NCBI GenBank assembly: GCA_040755995.1 | Contig: JBFMAF010000018.1 | Span: 1 to 64,000, forward strand | Source of the DNA: Acidobacteriota bacterium | Lineage (GTDB): Bacteria; Acidobacteriota; CAIWXX01 | Direction of reading: 5' to 3' | Length of the DNA stretch: 64,000 nucleotides | In this document: positions 19,343-28,573 of the stretch, piece after piece | Position numbering within the stretch: the stretch's first letter is position 1 | Layout of the letters: each line of letters begins with the position of its first letter | Notes under the pieces: generated by a model | Told to the model about the DNA's origin: nothing | The model's database searches: none | Seen by the model: only the letters and a program-made list of their open reading frames with translations | Translations under genes and position numbers: made by a program

Positions 19343-20968
19343 CTACATGATGGTCTCTGAGGCCAGCCCTGATGGGGACTCGGCAACATCCGCGCCGGCC
19401 TCAGCGGGTGCCATTCCTCTTGCGCCGTCGATGAAAGGCCTGATCGCCAGGAGCCCGGATGGGTCCAAGATGAGCAGCACCCTCCCGTCTCCCAGTATCG
19501 TCGATCCGGAGATTCCCCTCGGGTGGCCGACCATCGCATCCAACCCCTTGACGACGATCTCCCGCATCCCGGTGATGTCTTCGGCCAGTATTCCTCGGTT
19601 CTTGCCCTCGGCTCCGATGATTACGACGTATCCCTTTCCGCGGCTGCCGGTGTTGGTTCCGAAGATGTAACCCAGGTCCAGCAGCGGCAGGACGTTTCTG
19701 CGCCATGTGAAGACACCTGCATGGTTGAGCACATGGCCCTCACCCGGACGGAGGTGCACGATCTCGACGACAGCCGTAAGAGGTATTGCATACTCCTCGC
19801 CGTCTGCCGCCACCAACAGCGCGGGCATGATGGACACGCTGAGCGGCAGATGGATGCTGAACCGGCAGCCGGCCCCTGCTTCGGAAGAAACCTCGATTCC
19901 ACCACCCATCCTCTGCACTGACTGCAGCGCGGCGTATAGCCCCATTCCACGCCCGGCGCTCATGTCGGCATCCTCCTTGGTGGAGAACCCGGGCGCGAAC
20001 AGCATCGAGTACAGATCCTGATCGTCGGCCACTGTGGCCCCGTTCTCTCTGGCCTGCGCCTCCAGCGCATGCATATCTATCCCGCGGCCATCGTCGCCCA
20101 CCTCGATGTGCACCTCGTTGCCTCGAATGGTGGCCGACAGCCGCACGACACCGCCTGGCTCCTTCTTCGCCTGCCTCCGCTCCGCCGGGCTCTCGATCCC
20201 GTGGACAACCGCGTTCCTCACCAGATGCCCGAGCGCCTCGGCCGCGACTTCCAGCAGCGCCTTGTCCATAGGCGTGTCACCCCCAACGGTCTCCAGCGTG
20301 ACCTGCTTGTTCTGAGCGACGCTCTCGTCGTGTACGATCCTCCGCAGGTGCCCGAATAGCATCTTGAGCGGCACCATCCGGAGCTGCATGATGCGATCCT
20401 GGAGGAACGTGAGCGTCTTGCCGAGCGCCTCGTGCGCAGCGGACACGTCGTCCCACGCCTCGGCAGGGGACTCCATCGCGGGACCTCGCCCGATCGCTTC
20501 AGAGAGCCGGTTCTTGAAGATGACCATCTCTGCGAGGAGGTCGACAAGCTCGTCGAGCGCCTCGAAGGGCACGCGCAACCCGCCTTGCATGGCCGAATCC
20601 AGGTCCGTCACCGGCGCAACGGTGTCCTTCACCTCTCCTGAAGGCTCGCTGCCCCTGGAGCAGGTATCCAGCGTCTGCCGGAATCCGTCCAGTGCCGCAA
20701 GCCCCGCGTCGACGTCCGGAGCTTCGATGTTGAAGGAGGACAACAAATCCTCGAGCATGTGGGCCAAGGACTGGAGGTCCTTGAAGCCCATCATGCCCGA
20801 GTTCCCCTTGAGTGTGTGGAGCTCTCTCTTTGCCTCCTCCAACAACCGCTCCCGTGCGGGGATTTCCGCGGCGTTCAGCGCCAGGAAGATGCCCTCCACC
20901 TTCCCGACGCGTTCCTGTGCGTCCAGAAAAAAGTCCCCCAGCAGACTGCTGAATAGCTCATCAGGCAT
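19343..20968 (-). CDS. cheA: Chemotaxis histidine kinase CheA (Hpt-dimer-HATPase-CheW; no obvious P2)
   Basis: RELHTLKGNS, HLVRNAVVHGIE, DDGRG, FAPGFST and GRGMGL motifs. Confidence 0.95.
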   Translation of the reverse strand: MPDELFSSLLGDFFLDAQERVGKVEGIFLALNAAEIPARERLLEEAKRELHTLKGNSGMMGFKDLQSLAHMLEDLLSSFNIEAPDVDAGLAALDGFRQTLDTCSRGSEPSGEVKDTVAPVTDLDSAMQGGLRVPFEALDELVDLLAEMVIFKNRLSEAIGRGPAMESPAEAWDDVSAAHEALGKTLTFLQDRIMQLRMVPLKMLFGHLRRIVHDESVAQNKQVTLETVGGDTPMDKALLEVAAEALGHLVRNAVVHGIESPAERRQAKKEPGGVVRLSATIRGNEVHIEVGDDGRGIDMHALEAQARENGATVADDQDLYSMLFAPGFSTKEDADMSAGRGMGLYAALQSVQRMGGGIEVSSEAGAGCRFSIHLPLSVSIMPALLVAADGEEYAIPLTAVVEIVHLRPGEGHVLNHAGVFTWRRNVLPLLDLGYIFGTNTGSRGKGYVVIIGAEGKNRGILAEDITGMREIVVKGLDAMVGHPRGISGSTILGDGRVLLILDPSGLLAIRPFIDGARGMAPAEAGADVAESPSGLASETIM

Positions 20969-21089
20969 TTCCGCCCCCGATCGGCTCGCACGTCGACCGC
21001 GCGATGCGTGTCATGCGAACACCACGCGTGCGGGACGTTCGCCGGCTCGTCGTCATCATGCCTATCGTCTCCGTCGCCCCGTCGATCGT

Positions 21090-23021
21090 CTATATGACGA
21101 ACTGCTCCGAGAGCCTCTGGAGCCCTTCCGCTTCCTTCGCAAGATTCAGAGTGGCCTTGGATAGTTGCTCGGTGGACGTCAGGTTCTGGCGAGCCACCAT
21201 GGCGATCTGTTCGACCGCCTTGACCACCATGTCTCCACCCTTCTTCTGCTCGACGGCTCCATCGGCCACCTGCTGCGTCATGCGATTCATAGTCTCGACC
21301 GCCCTCATGATCTCCTTGGCGCCCTTGGCCTGTTCGGTGGCGCCGTTGGTGACTTCGCGCGTGATATGTTGCATGTTCGCTGCGGTCTTGAGGATCTGAC
21401 TGGCGCCCGAGCTCTGCTCCTGTGTCGCCGAGTACACCTCGCTCACCAAAGTCGCAGACTGGTTCACCGAATCTACGATGCGCTGCAGGATGGTCCGCGT
21501 GAGCTCCATGGCCTGGTTCGTGTCCTTCTGCACTGCTTCGACGAATGCCGTGATCTCGCGTGTCGAATGCATGGAGCGCTCGGCGAGCCGCTTGACCTCC
21601 TCGGCAACCACCGCGAACCCCTTGCCGGCATCGCCGGCGCGCGCCGCCTCGATGGCGGCGTTCAACGCCAGGAGGTTGGTCTGGTCGGCGATTTCCTCGA
21701 TCATCTTCACGATCTTGCCGATGTCCTTACTGGACGCTCCGATGCTCGTGATCATCCGGGTGAGCTCGGCCCCGCCCTCGTTGGCGGCGCGCGAGGCGGT
21801 CTTCGAGACATCGTCCACGGTCTTCACCTTGGCGGCGACCGACTTGATCGACGTGATCATCTGCTCCAGCGTCCCCGAGGTCAGTTCGACCGACTCCTGG
21901 AGCACGCCGGAGTTCTTGGCGATCTGCTCGATGGAGGCGCCGATCTGCTGCACCGAGGTGGATGTCTCGTCGACGTTTGTCGCCAGGGCCTGCGAAGACT
22001 TGGCGGCGTACTCAATCTGGCTCGCCATTTCCACCATCGTCGATGATGTCTCCTCGGTGGATGTGGCCTGCGCTTCGGCTCCCTTGGTTATCTGCGTGCT
22101 CGAAGCCGAGATCTCGTCGGCGGAGGTGGCTATCTGGGTCGAGGCCTGCTTGATACGTGCGATCATGCCCCTGAGATTCTCCACGGTTTCGACCACCGAC
22201 TTCGCCAGCAGACCGGCCTCATCTCGACGCGACGTGTCCAGTGCCGGGACGGTCAGGTTGCCTTTGGCCACGCCGCGCATGGCCTTGACTACCGATGTCA
22301 CGGGCCCGGTTATGCCGCGCGAGATCGTGATACCCAGGAAGATGGCGATGATGGCGCCGAAGCCTGTGGCCATGGCGCTGGTCTTCTTCGCCCGTCCCTC
22401 GGCGCTCAGCGCGGCGTTGCGCCTCTCGATGGCCGAGTTCTTGCTCAGCTCCAGCAGTTCCCTCACTAGCTTGCTCGCTTCCACTGCGGTCCGGCCCGAC
22501 ACTTCAATGGACTGGTGGACGAGGGCCACATACTGTGGGCCCTGCTGGATGCTGGTGCCGTCAACGGTGACCCCCGATTTCGCCATTGCATCCAAGAGTC
22601 GTATGAAGTCCTGCAGGAGGCGCATGAATTCCTGCTGATCCCGCCTCCACACATCCCATGCAGCCGATGTCTTCTTCCAACTGGCGGCCTCTTCTTTTGT
22701 CTTCGGAAGGGGCTCATACGTGGATATCGCGTCCTCCCCCCTCGCGAGTGCCTCTTCTATGTTGGAGATGTAACGGGTGCGCGAGGAGGTATCGATGAGC
22801 TCGGTTGGAATCATGAGCCTGTTCTGCGCCGAATCCACCGCCGAGATAGCTTCGGCTATGGCCATCAGGGAAACTACGCTCGGCAGGTTCACGTCTGAAA
22901 TATCCATGATGTTCTGCCCAAGCCGGCCGAGTCCCACGTAGCCGACAGTGCCGACGGCCGCACCTATGAGCGCTACGAGTACGAACCCGCCGATGAGTTT
23001 TACGGAAATTCCAAGTTTCAT
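21090..23021 (-). CDS. Methyl-accepting chemotaxis protein (TM-4HB-TM-HAMP-signalling domain)
   Basis: [33 protein letters not shown] hairpin motif. Confidence 0.96.
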   Translation of the reverse strand: MKLGISVKLIGGFVLVALIGAAVGTVGYVGLGRLGQNIMDISDVNLPSVVSLMAIAEAISAVDSAQNRLMIPTELIDTSSRTRYISNIEEALARGEDAISTYEPLPKTKEEAASWKKTSAAWDVWRRDQQEFMRLLQDFIRLLDAMAKSGVTVDGTSIQQGPQYVALVHQSIEVSGRTAVEASKLVRELLELSKNSAIERRNAALSAEGRAKKTSAMATGFGAIIAIFLGITISRGITGPVTSVVKAMRGVAKGNLTVPALDTSRRDEAGLLAKSVVETVENLRGMIARIKQASTQIATSADEISASSTQITKGAEAQATSTEETSSTMVEMASQIEYAAKSSQALATNVDETSTSVQQIGASIEQIAKNSGVLQESVELTSGTLEQMITSIKSVAAKVKTVDDVSKTASRAANEGGAELTRMITSIGASSKDIGKIVKMIEEIADQTNLLALNAAIEAARAGDAGKGFAVVAEEVKRLAERSMHSTREITAFVEAVQKDTNQAMELTRTILQRIVDSVNQSATLVSEVYSATQEQSSGASQILKTAANMQHITREVTNGATEQAKGAKEIMRAVETMNRMTQQVADGAVEQKKGGDMVVKAVEQIAMVARQNLTSTEQLSKATLNLAKEAEGLQRLSEQFVI

Positions 23022-23087
23022 ACGTACCTCCTGTGCCTAGTTGCCTCTCTTCCGCCCGCCTGCCCACCCGCTCCCGGCAGGGAGCCT

Positions 23088-23543
23088 TCATCGCTTGCCG
23101 AGGGTCTGGACGGCCCGCATGCTCTGTCCTGCTGCCCTCTGTCCTCCGGCCCCGGCCGAACCCGCCAGCACTCTCTCCACGATCTGAATCAGCTCCGCCG
23201 GCTGAAACGGTTTTGTCACGTAAGCACTCGCGCCGGCCTGCAACCCGCGGATAGTGTCCTGCTCCCTTCCCTCGGTCGTGATGATGATCACGGGGATGCC
23301 CCTGAAGACCTCCTCTTCGTTGTAGCGCTGGAGAAACTCCAGCCCGCTCATGACGGGCATGTTGATGTCGAGGAGGACCAGATCCGTATCCAGGTTGTGC
23401 GCCAGCTTGTCAAGGGCCTCCTTGCCATCGGAGCAGTGCACGAGCGCAGTCCCGCCTCGCCTGTACTTCATGAATACGATCTCGAGCATCCTGTGCAGGA
23501 TCTCCGAGTCGTCGACGATCATTATCTTCCTCGGGGTCATCAT
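23088..23543 (-). CDS. Single-domain response regulator (CheY-like), paralog of 14143..14517
   Basis: IMIVDDS, LDINMPVMSGLEFL and TKPF motifs. Confidence 0.9.
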   Translation of the reverse strand: MMTPRKIMIVDDSEILHRMLEIVFMKYRRGGTALVHCSDGKEALDKLAHNLDTDLVLLDINMPVMSGLEFLQRYNEEEVFRGIPVIIITTEGREQDTIRGLQAGASAYVTKPFQPAELIQIVERVLAGSAGAGGQRAAGQSMRAVQTLGKR

Positions 23544-23576
23544 CTGCAGTCCTCCGTGCGACCTGCTACGGTCGTG

Positions 23577-24797
23577 TCATTCCTCACCATGTTCTCTCTC
23601 CCGGGCTCGGATGACGGCCGAGGCTGCCCCCACGGGCGTCGACGTATCGGCTGCCGCCGCCTCAGCAGCCGCAGGCAGGTACACGTCGAATGCGGTACCC
23701 AACGCCGGCGCCGACCGGGTGGCAAGATACCCGCCGTGGTTCTGAATGATCGAGCGGGCCACGGTAAGCCAGGGTCCGGCACCGCCTTCTCTTGCGGTGA
23801 GGCAGGGCTCGAATCTCCTCTTCTCCGAGTCGCTCCCGAGAATGACCGCCCCCGTGTCGGAAACCGATATATGGACGTATGGGCCGGGGTGGAGCGGCAG
23901 ACCGGCGGACCGATCCAGGCGCTCGTTGCATGCGCGGATGGCGAGGGTTCCCTCTTCGGGCATGGTCTGGCCGGCATTGACAATCAGGTTCTGGAAGACG
24001 CGTTGGATCTGGGTTGCGTCGATCTCGACGGGCCACAGGTCCCCCGCGAGCTCCGTCTCACGCTGGCAGCGGATTTCCTTCGAAGCGAGCGTCACGCTCT
24101 GCTCGATCAGAGGCTTGAGGGCGGTGATGCGCTTGTTGGGAAGGACGCCTCTCGCGATGGAAAGCAGCTCCGATGTGAGCTCGCGCGCCCGCAGTGAAGC
24201 GATCTTGGCCATCTCCAGGCCATGCTCAAATTGGCCGCTTGGAGAAGCCGCGGAGTGCTTCGCCAGTTCCACGTGACCCAGGATGAGCGCAAGGTAGTTG
24301 TTGAGGTCCTGTGCGACTCCACCCGCAAGCAGGGCGAGATCGGCGCGTTCGGATTGAGCCTGCTCGATCTCAGCCTTCGCCTCGTGCGAGACCTGTTCCG
24401 CCTTGTTCACCGCCCTCTTGACCGCATCCAGAAGATCGTCCGGTGCGAAGGGCTTGTCAACGTAGTCGGCACAGCCTCTCCTCAACAGCTCCACCAGCGT
24501 CTGGCGATCACCGTGACCTGTGATAATCAGAGTGGGGATTGCGATGCCGCGCCTGGCCAGCTCGTCGAGCACGCCGAATCCATCGAGTCGGGGCATCTGG
24601 ATGTCGAGGATGAGGAGATCCAGCGGCTTCTGCTCGCTCTTCGAGCGGCTGATCGTCATCAGTGCCTCATCTCCATCGCCGGCCTCGATGACCTCGTAGC
24701 CGGCTCCTCGAAGAACCACTGAGATACCGAACCGGCAGTGCGGCTCGTCCTCCGCCACCAATACACGCCTCTTGTGCCGTTCAGCCCCATGCGTCAT
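23577..24797 (-). CDS. Receiver + degenerate histidine kinase (probable pseudokinase)
   Basis: Intact receiver (AEDE, LDIQMP, DKPF). The H-box reads GGVAQDLNN and the G1/F/G2 boxes are degenerate. Confidence 0.8.
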   Translation of the reverse strand: MTHGAERHKRRVLVAEDEPHCRFGISVVLRGAGYEVIEAGDGDEALMTISRSKSEQKPLDLLILDIQMPRLDGFGVLDELARRGIAIPTLIITGHGDRQTLVELLRRGCADYVDKPFAPDDLLDAVKRAVNKAEQVSHEAKAEIEQAQSERADLALLAGGVAQDLNNYLALILGHVELAKHSAASPSGQFEHGLEMAKIASLRARELTSELLSIARGVLPNKRITALKPLIEQSVTLASKEIRCQRETELAGDLWPVEIDATQIQRVFQNLIVNAGQTMPEEGTLAIRACNERLDRSAGLPLHPGPYVHISVSDTGAVILGSDSEKRRFEPCLTAREGGAGPWLTVARSIIQNHGGYLATRSAPALGTAFDVYLPAAAEAAAADTSTPVGAASAVIRAREREHGEE

Positions 24798-24852
24798 GTT
24801 CGGCAGCTCCTCTATCCAAATCCAGGGGAAATATCCAGCTACGAAACCAAGT

Positions 24853-24870
24853 ATGCGCCCTTCGTGCCAA
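24853..24870 (-). promoter_or_regulatory. Putative sigma54 promoter for the che operon
   Basis: Minus strand TTGGCACGAAGGGCGCAT (GG-N10-GC), about 55 nt upstream of the first ATG. Confidence 0.6.
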
Positions 24871-24895
24871 CTGAATCTAGTGTCGTTTGCCGGCG

Positions 24896-24908
24896 CAACC
24901 TCTTGATA
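24896..24908 (-). promoter_or_regulatory. Putative IHF site
   Basis: TATCAAGAGGTTG matches WATCAR-N4-TTR, just upstream of the -24 element. Confidence 0.5.
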
Positions 24909-24947
24909 AGACTAGGTGCAGGGAGCCGGGCGCGAAATCGTGTTTTC

Positions 24948-25051
24948 ACAATAAAAGTTGTTGTGTCCGGCTCCGGCAGGACGTGACGTCTTGCGGATCA
25001 GTTACTTGGCGCCAGTATCCCACTACCCTCGGCGATCACAACCAAGGTTGT
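24948..25051. promoter_or_regulatory. Pair of putative enhancer (UAS) palindromes
   Basis: ACAATAAAAGTTGT at 24948-24961 and ACAACCAAGGTTGT at 25038-25051. Confidence 0.45.
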
Positions 25052-25520
25052 GGGCTATTCGTGAGTTTGGATCGCGATGGGGTAAGTTCAGGGCGCTGCT
25101 CTGTGGCGCGGTGGAGTGTGGTTGCCGCACCCATGGTCGAGCATCAAGTACGACTGATGCCGGTGGCGGGGTGCTGGAGCGTGACCTCAGCATCGGGTCG
25201 GTATTCACGATTAACGCGGTGCGTCAATTGAGTGCCCTTCTTCACGCGCTTCGAACAAACACCTGACCCGGTGAATCGATAGAAATCCCGGCGGCCACGG
25301 CGAAATACGAGCGAGTTTGGCACTGCCGGCCACCGTCCCGCGGGCGACCTTTCGCGGCGCTACAGCGTCAGTGTCCTCCGAGCAGGCGCATGTCTCTCGA
25401 ACGCGCACGGTATAGACGACGTTGAAGGGAAACCGCTCAAGAACAATTCGGCTGGTGCCGCCATGTTAGGGCACCCCGTGGTCGGAAAACGCCTCAATCC
25501 GATGGAGCGGCAGGCACCGA

Positions 25521-27038
25521 CTAGTCGTGGGCGGTTTGTGGGGCGAAGGGCACGGGCCTGATTGTCACCAACTCTTTGGTGACTTCGACCAGGGCACTGG
25601 GCAGTTCCAGGCGGAACCCGTCGGTCTCGACCACCAGACCCTCATACACGTCTCCCCTCATTCCCGTGCACGAGATTCTCAGGTCCTTTCCGGACGGATC
25701 TGGATTCGTATCCACCCACTCGATCGCGTGCCAGTCGAAGATGATCGGTACGTTCTGTGATTCGAAGACCATCGGACCTTTCTCGAAGCGGCGCACGCCT
25801 CCAACCCAGATGATCTTGTCTCGCAGGCGGTAGACGGGGGCAACCGGCTTCCACTTGTGCCCGCCCGGGAGCTCGTCGTGAAAGATCCTGTATCTGCGCC
25901 CCTTCGTCTCGAGATACCCGCGTATGGCGGCTTTCTGCTTCTCCATCTGGCCCGTCTGATCAGCGAGCAGTATGTCGTACTGGAACCGGGCCTTCGCTTC
26001 GCTGACCAGCGAATCGCGCTGACCCTCGGCCACCTTGAACGCCCTTTCCATCAGGTCGAATTGAGTGCAGTCTCGTTCAGCAATCTCTCTCTTCCACGAG
26101 GGGCGAAAGCGGTCCAGAACCAGCCCCTGGGCCATTCCGAGTACGTACATGCCGTAGTCAAACGAGATCGGCGAGCCAAGGGCGATCCGTATGTCCTCGA
26201 GTTGCTCGCGGTAGCGCTCGGGTGCCGTGGCGAAGGCTCTGTAGTCCCGGTCCTCATCGGGGTACAGGGGCTTGAACCCGCCCTTCGCCGAGAGCAACTG
26301 TACAGCGCGCACTTGGATGTAGGTGGCCGTGCCTTCCCTATACTCCCACTCGGCCTCGTCACTGATCACCGCCTCGCCGAGTAAGCGCCAGCGTGTGCGA
26401 CGCACTGCAATGAACATGCGCGCGAGTCCCGCGGCGGCCTCGTCGTTCTCGGTCATCAGGATTTGGTAGAGGATTCGGGATTCCAACGCAAGCAAGGCCG
26501 AGTATTCCGCATCGTCTTGAGGCGGCTCCTCCGTGGGACCCTCTGATCTCTCACGGTACTCTTGCTGGAACCCATGAAATCCCTCGTGGAGCAGGACCAA
26601 CAGATAGTCTTCGGTCGGTGCGTCCCACTTCACTCCCACGTAGGCACACTCGGTGCCTGCGATCTCCACCGACCCGCCTCCCCATCTCGGCGCGTATAGC
26701 GTGTACCCATCGCGCCTGAAGACCGGCTTGCCTCCCACACTCTGTCCCTCGCATAGATGGAACTCCGGAGGCGGATTCGGATGCCCGATCAGGACCTCCT
26801 CCACATTGCGATTGTTGATCGCGATGGGTCTCTTGCGCAGATCGAAACCTGGCCAGAGCCCGTCCCCCAGCACATCCGTCAGATGATAGGCCTCCTCGAT
26901 GCGGTGCAGGTCGAGCACCGTTAGGGACTGGCTCGTCGGCGCCGATTGCGTCTGTGCGGTTACCCGCTCGAATTGGAATCGGTCAGCTGCTCCGAGTGTC
27001 GCAATGCCCACCCCAAGAATCATCCAGCTCTTGCGCAT
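25521..27038 (-). CDS. Secreted hypothetical protein with HEXXH motif (putative Zn metallopeptidase)
   Basis: Signal peptide, LLHEGFHGFQ and a downstream EGTATY. Confidence 0.65.
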   Translation of the reverse strand: MRKSWMILGVGIATLGAADRFQFERVTAQTQSAPTSQSLTVLDLHRIEEAYHLTDVLGDGLWPGFDLRKRPIAINNRNVEEVLIGHPNPPPEFHLCEGQSVGGKPVFRRDGYTLYAPRWGGGSVEIAGTECAYVGVKWDAPTEDYLLVLLHEGFHGFQQEYRERSEGPTEEPPQDDAEYSALLALESRILYQILMTENDEAAAGLARMFIAVRRTRWRLLGEAVISDEAEWEYREGTATYIQVRAVQLLSAKGGFKPLYPDEDRDYRAFATAPERYREQLEDIRIALGSPISFDYGMYVLGMAQGLVLDRFRPSWKREIAERDCTQFDLMERAFKVAEGQRDSLVSEAKARFQYDILLADQTGQMEKQKAAIRGYLETKGRRYRIFHDELPGGHKWKPVAPVYRLRDKIIWVGGVRRFEKGPMVFESQNVPIIFDWHAIEWVDTNPDPSGKDLRISCTGMRGDVYEGLVVETDGFRLELPSALVEVTKELVTIRPVPFAPQTAHD

Positions 27039-27166
27039 CGTTCCCTCTTCTTTCGAACCTCTTTGATTCGCCCGTCTGGTCCATCGTATTCCAATCTAGC
27101 GCCGGTGCAGGTCGCAGCCTGAGACCAGCGTTCATGAGCTGCTGCTGCGGGCGCCCGGCCGGAACG

Positions 27167-28573
27167 TCACGATTTGGGGACCGGCAGCTCCTTGTAGTCG
27201 CCCAGTTTCTTGAGCTGTTCGCCGAGTCGTTCCTTGTCGCCGACGATGAGCACTACGAGCCGGTCGGGGTGAATCGTGCGCCTGGCCGCTGCCAGCATGT
27301 CGTCCTCCGAGACGCGGCGGATACGGTCGAGGTATGTCGTCCAGTAGGTCTCCGGGAACCCCTGGAGTCTTGAGATGACGGCCTGTGAAAGAACACCGCC
27401 GGGCGAGGCGAAGCGGAACACCAACGAACTCTCCAGCCAGTCCAGAGCAGTCTTCCTCTCGTCGGAAGTGATTCCGCTCGACGGAAAGCCGCCCAGGACT
27501 TCGCGCGCGACCTCCAGAGCGACGGTGAGATTGGACGCATCCGTCTGAACTGAGGCCATGACCGTACCCCGCTCCAGCCCCTCGAAGACACCGCACCCCG
27601 CTGTGTACGTCAACCCTCGGTTCGATATCAACTCCCTTGGAAACCTACTGAGGCTTCCCGTTCCAAGGATCAGGTTCATCGGGATTAGGGCGTAGTGATC
27701 GGGGCCGTTGCGGCGCGGTCCCAGATGCCCCATCCTGATGGTCGCCTGCTGAAGCGCCTTCTTCTCCACGAAGTACACACCGGGCGCGGGTTCATACCCG
27801 ACAGGCGGCGGCAACCGCCGCGGGACATCGCCCCCCTTCCAGGAGCCGATGGTCCGCTTGAGGAGGGACATCATCTCCTTCAGGACGAAATCCCCGTAGA
27901 CAGCAAGCGTGATGTTGGTGGGCTGCCAGCAGGAGGTGTGGAATTCGACCAGGTCCGGCCGCGTCAGTGAACTGACGCCAGCGACCGTCGGGTAGGCGGC
28001 GTACGGTGAGTCGCCGCCGTAAAGAAGTTCCTTGAACACCGTGTCCGCGATAGTGGCCGGAGTGTCGAACTGGCGGCGGTAGCGGTCGATCTTCCGCGAG
28101 CGAGCGACTTCGATCTTGCTCTCATCGAATCGCGGGCTCCGCATGACGTCTACGGCGAGCCCGAGCACTTCCCGAAAATCCTTGCACAGCGCCGAGAACG
28201 ACACTGTACCGTACTCGGCCGTGTACTGTGCCTCGACGCTGCCTGCAAGGAGCTCAAGCCGCTCGTCCAGTTCCTCGCCCGTCCACCTTCCGGCGCCCCC
28301 AGTCCGCATGACCTCGCCCGCTATGTCGGCCAAGCCCTCCTTCCCCGCGGGTTCCCAGAGGGAGCCTCCACGCGCAATCGCGAACCCATGGATGATCGGC
28401 ACTTCGTGATCCTCCAGGAGATACAGCGTGATGCCGTTCGGCAGCTTCTGCACCTCCGGGACCGATGGCGAGAAAAGGAGAGGTTTGAAGACCAGGGACT
28501 CAGGACGCATCTGCGCCGCGGCTGGAAGCGCCAACAAGAGAACGACGACGGTCGCCAAGCGGCTATTTCTCAT
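27167..28573 (-). CDS. M16 peptidase, non-catalytic partner subunit
   Basis: LPNGITLYLLEDHEVP, no HXXEH, C-terminal RGLTY, signal peptide. Confidence 0.88.
   Translation of the reverse strand: MRNSRLATVVVLLLALPAAAQMRPESLVFKPLLFSPSVPEVQKLPNGITLYLLEDHEVPIIHGFAIARGGSLWEPAGKEGLADIAGEVMRTGGAGRWTGEELDERLELLAGSVEAQYTAEYGTVSFSALCKDFREVLGLAVDVMRSPRFDESKIEVARSRKIDRYRRQFDTPATIADTVFKELLYGGDSPYAAYPTVAGVSSLTRPDLVEFHTSCWQPTNITLAVYGDFVLKEMMSLLKRTIGSWKGGDVPRRLPPPVGYEPAPGVYFVEKKALQQATIRMGHLGPRRNGPDHYALIPMNLILGTGSLSRFPRELISNRGLTYTAGCGVFEGLERGTVMASVQTDASNLTVALEVAREVLGGFPSSGITSDERKTALDWLESSLVFRFASPGGVLSQAVISRLQGFPETYWTTYLDRIRRVSEDDMLAAARRTIHPDRLVVLIVGDKERLGEQLKKLGDYKELPVPKS

Noticed and set aside
25060..25520. 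Intergenic stretch as a riboswitch or HATPase remnant
   Set aside because: Only short hairpins and a weak GSVFTI resemblance; I cannot support any family consensus.
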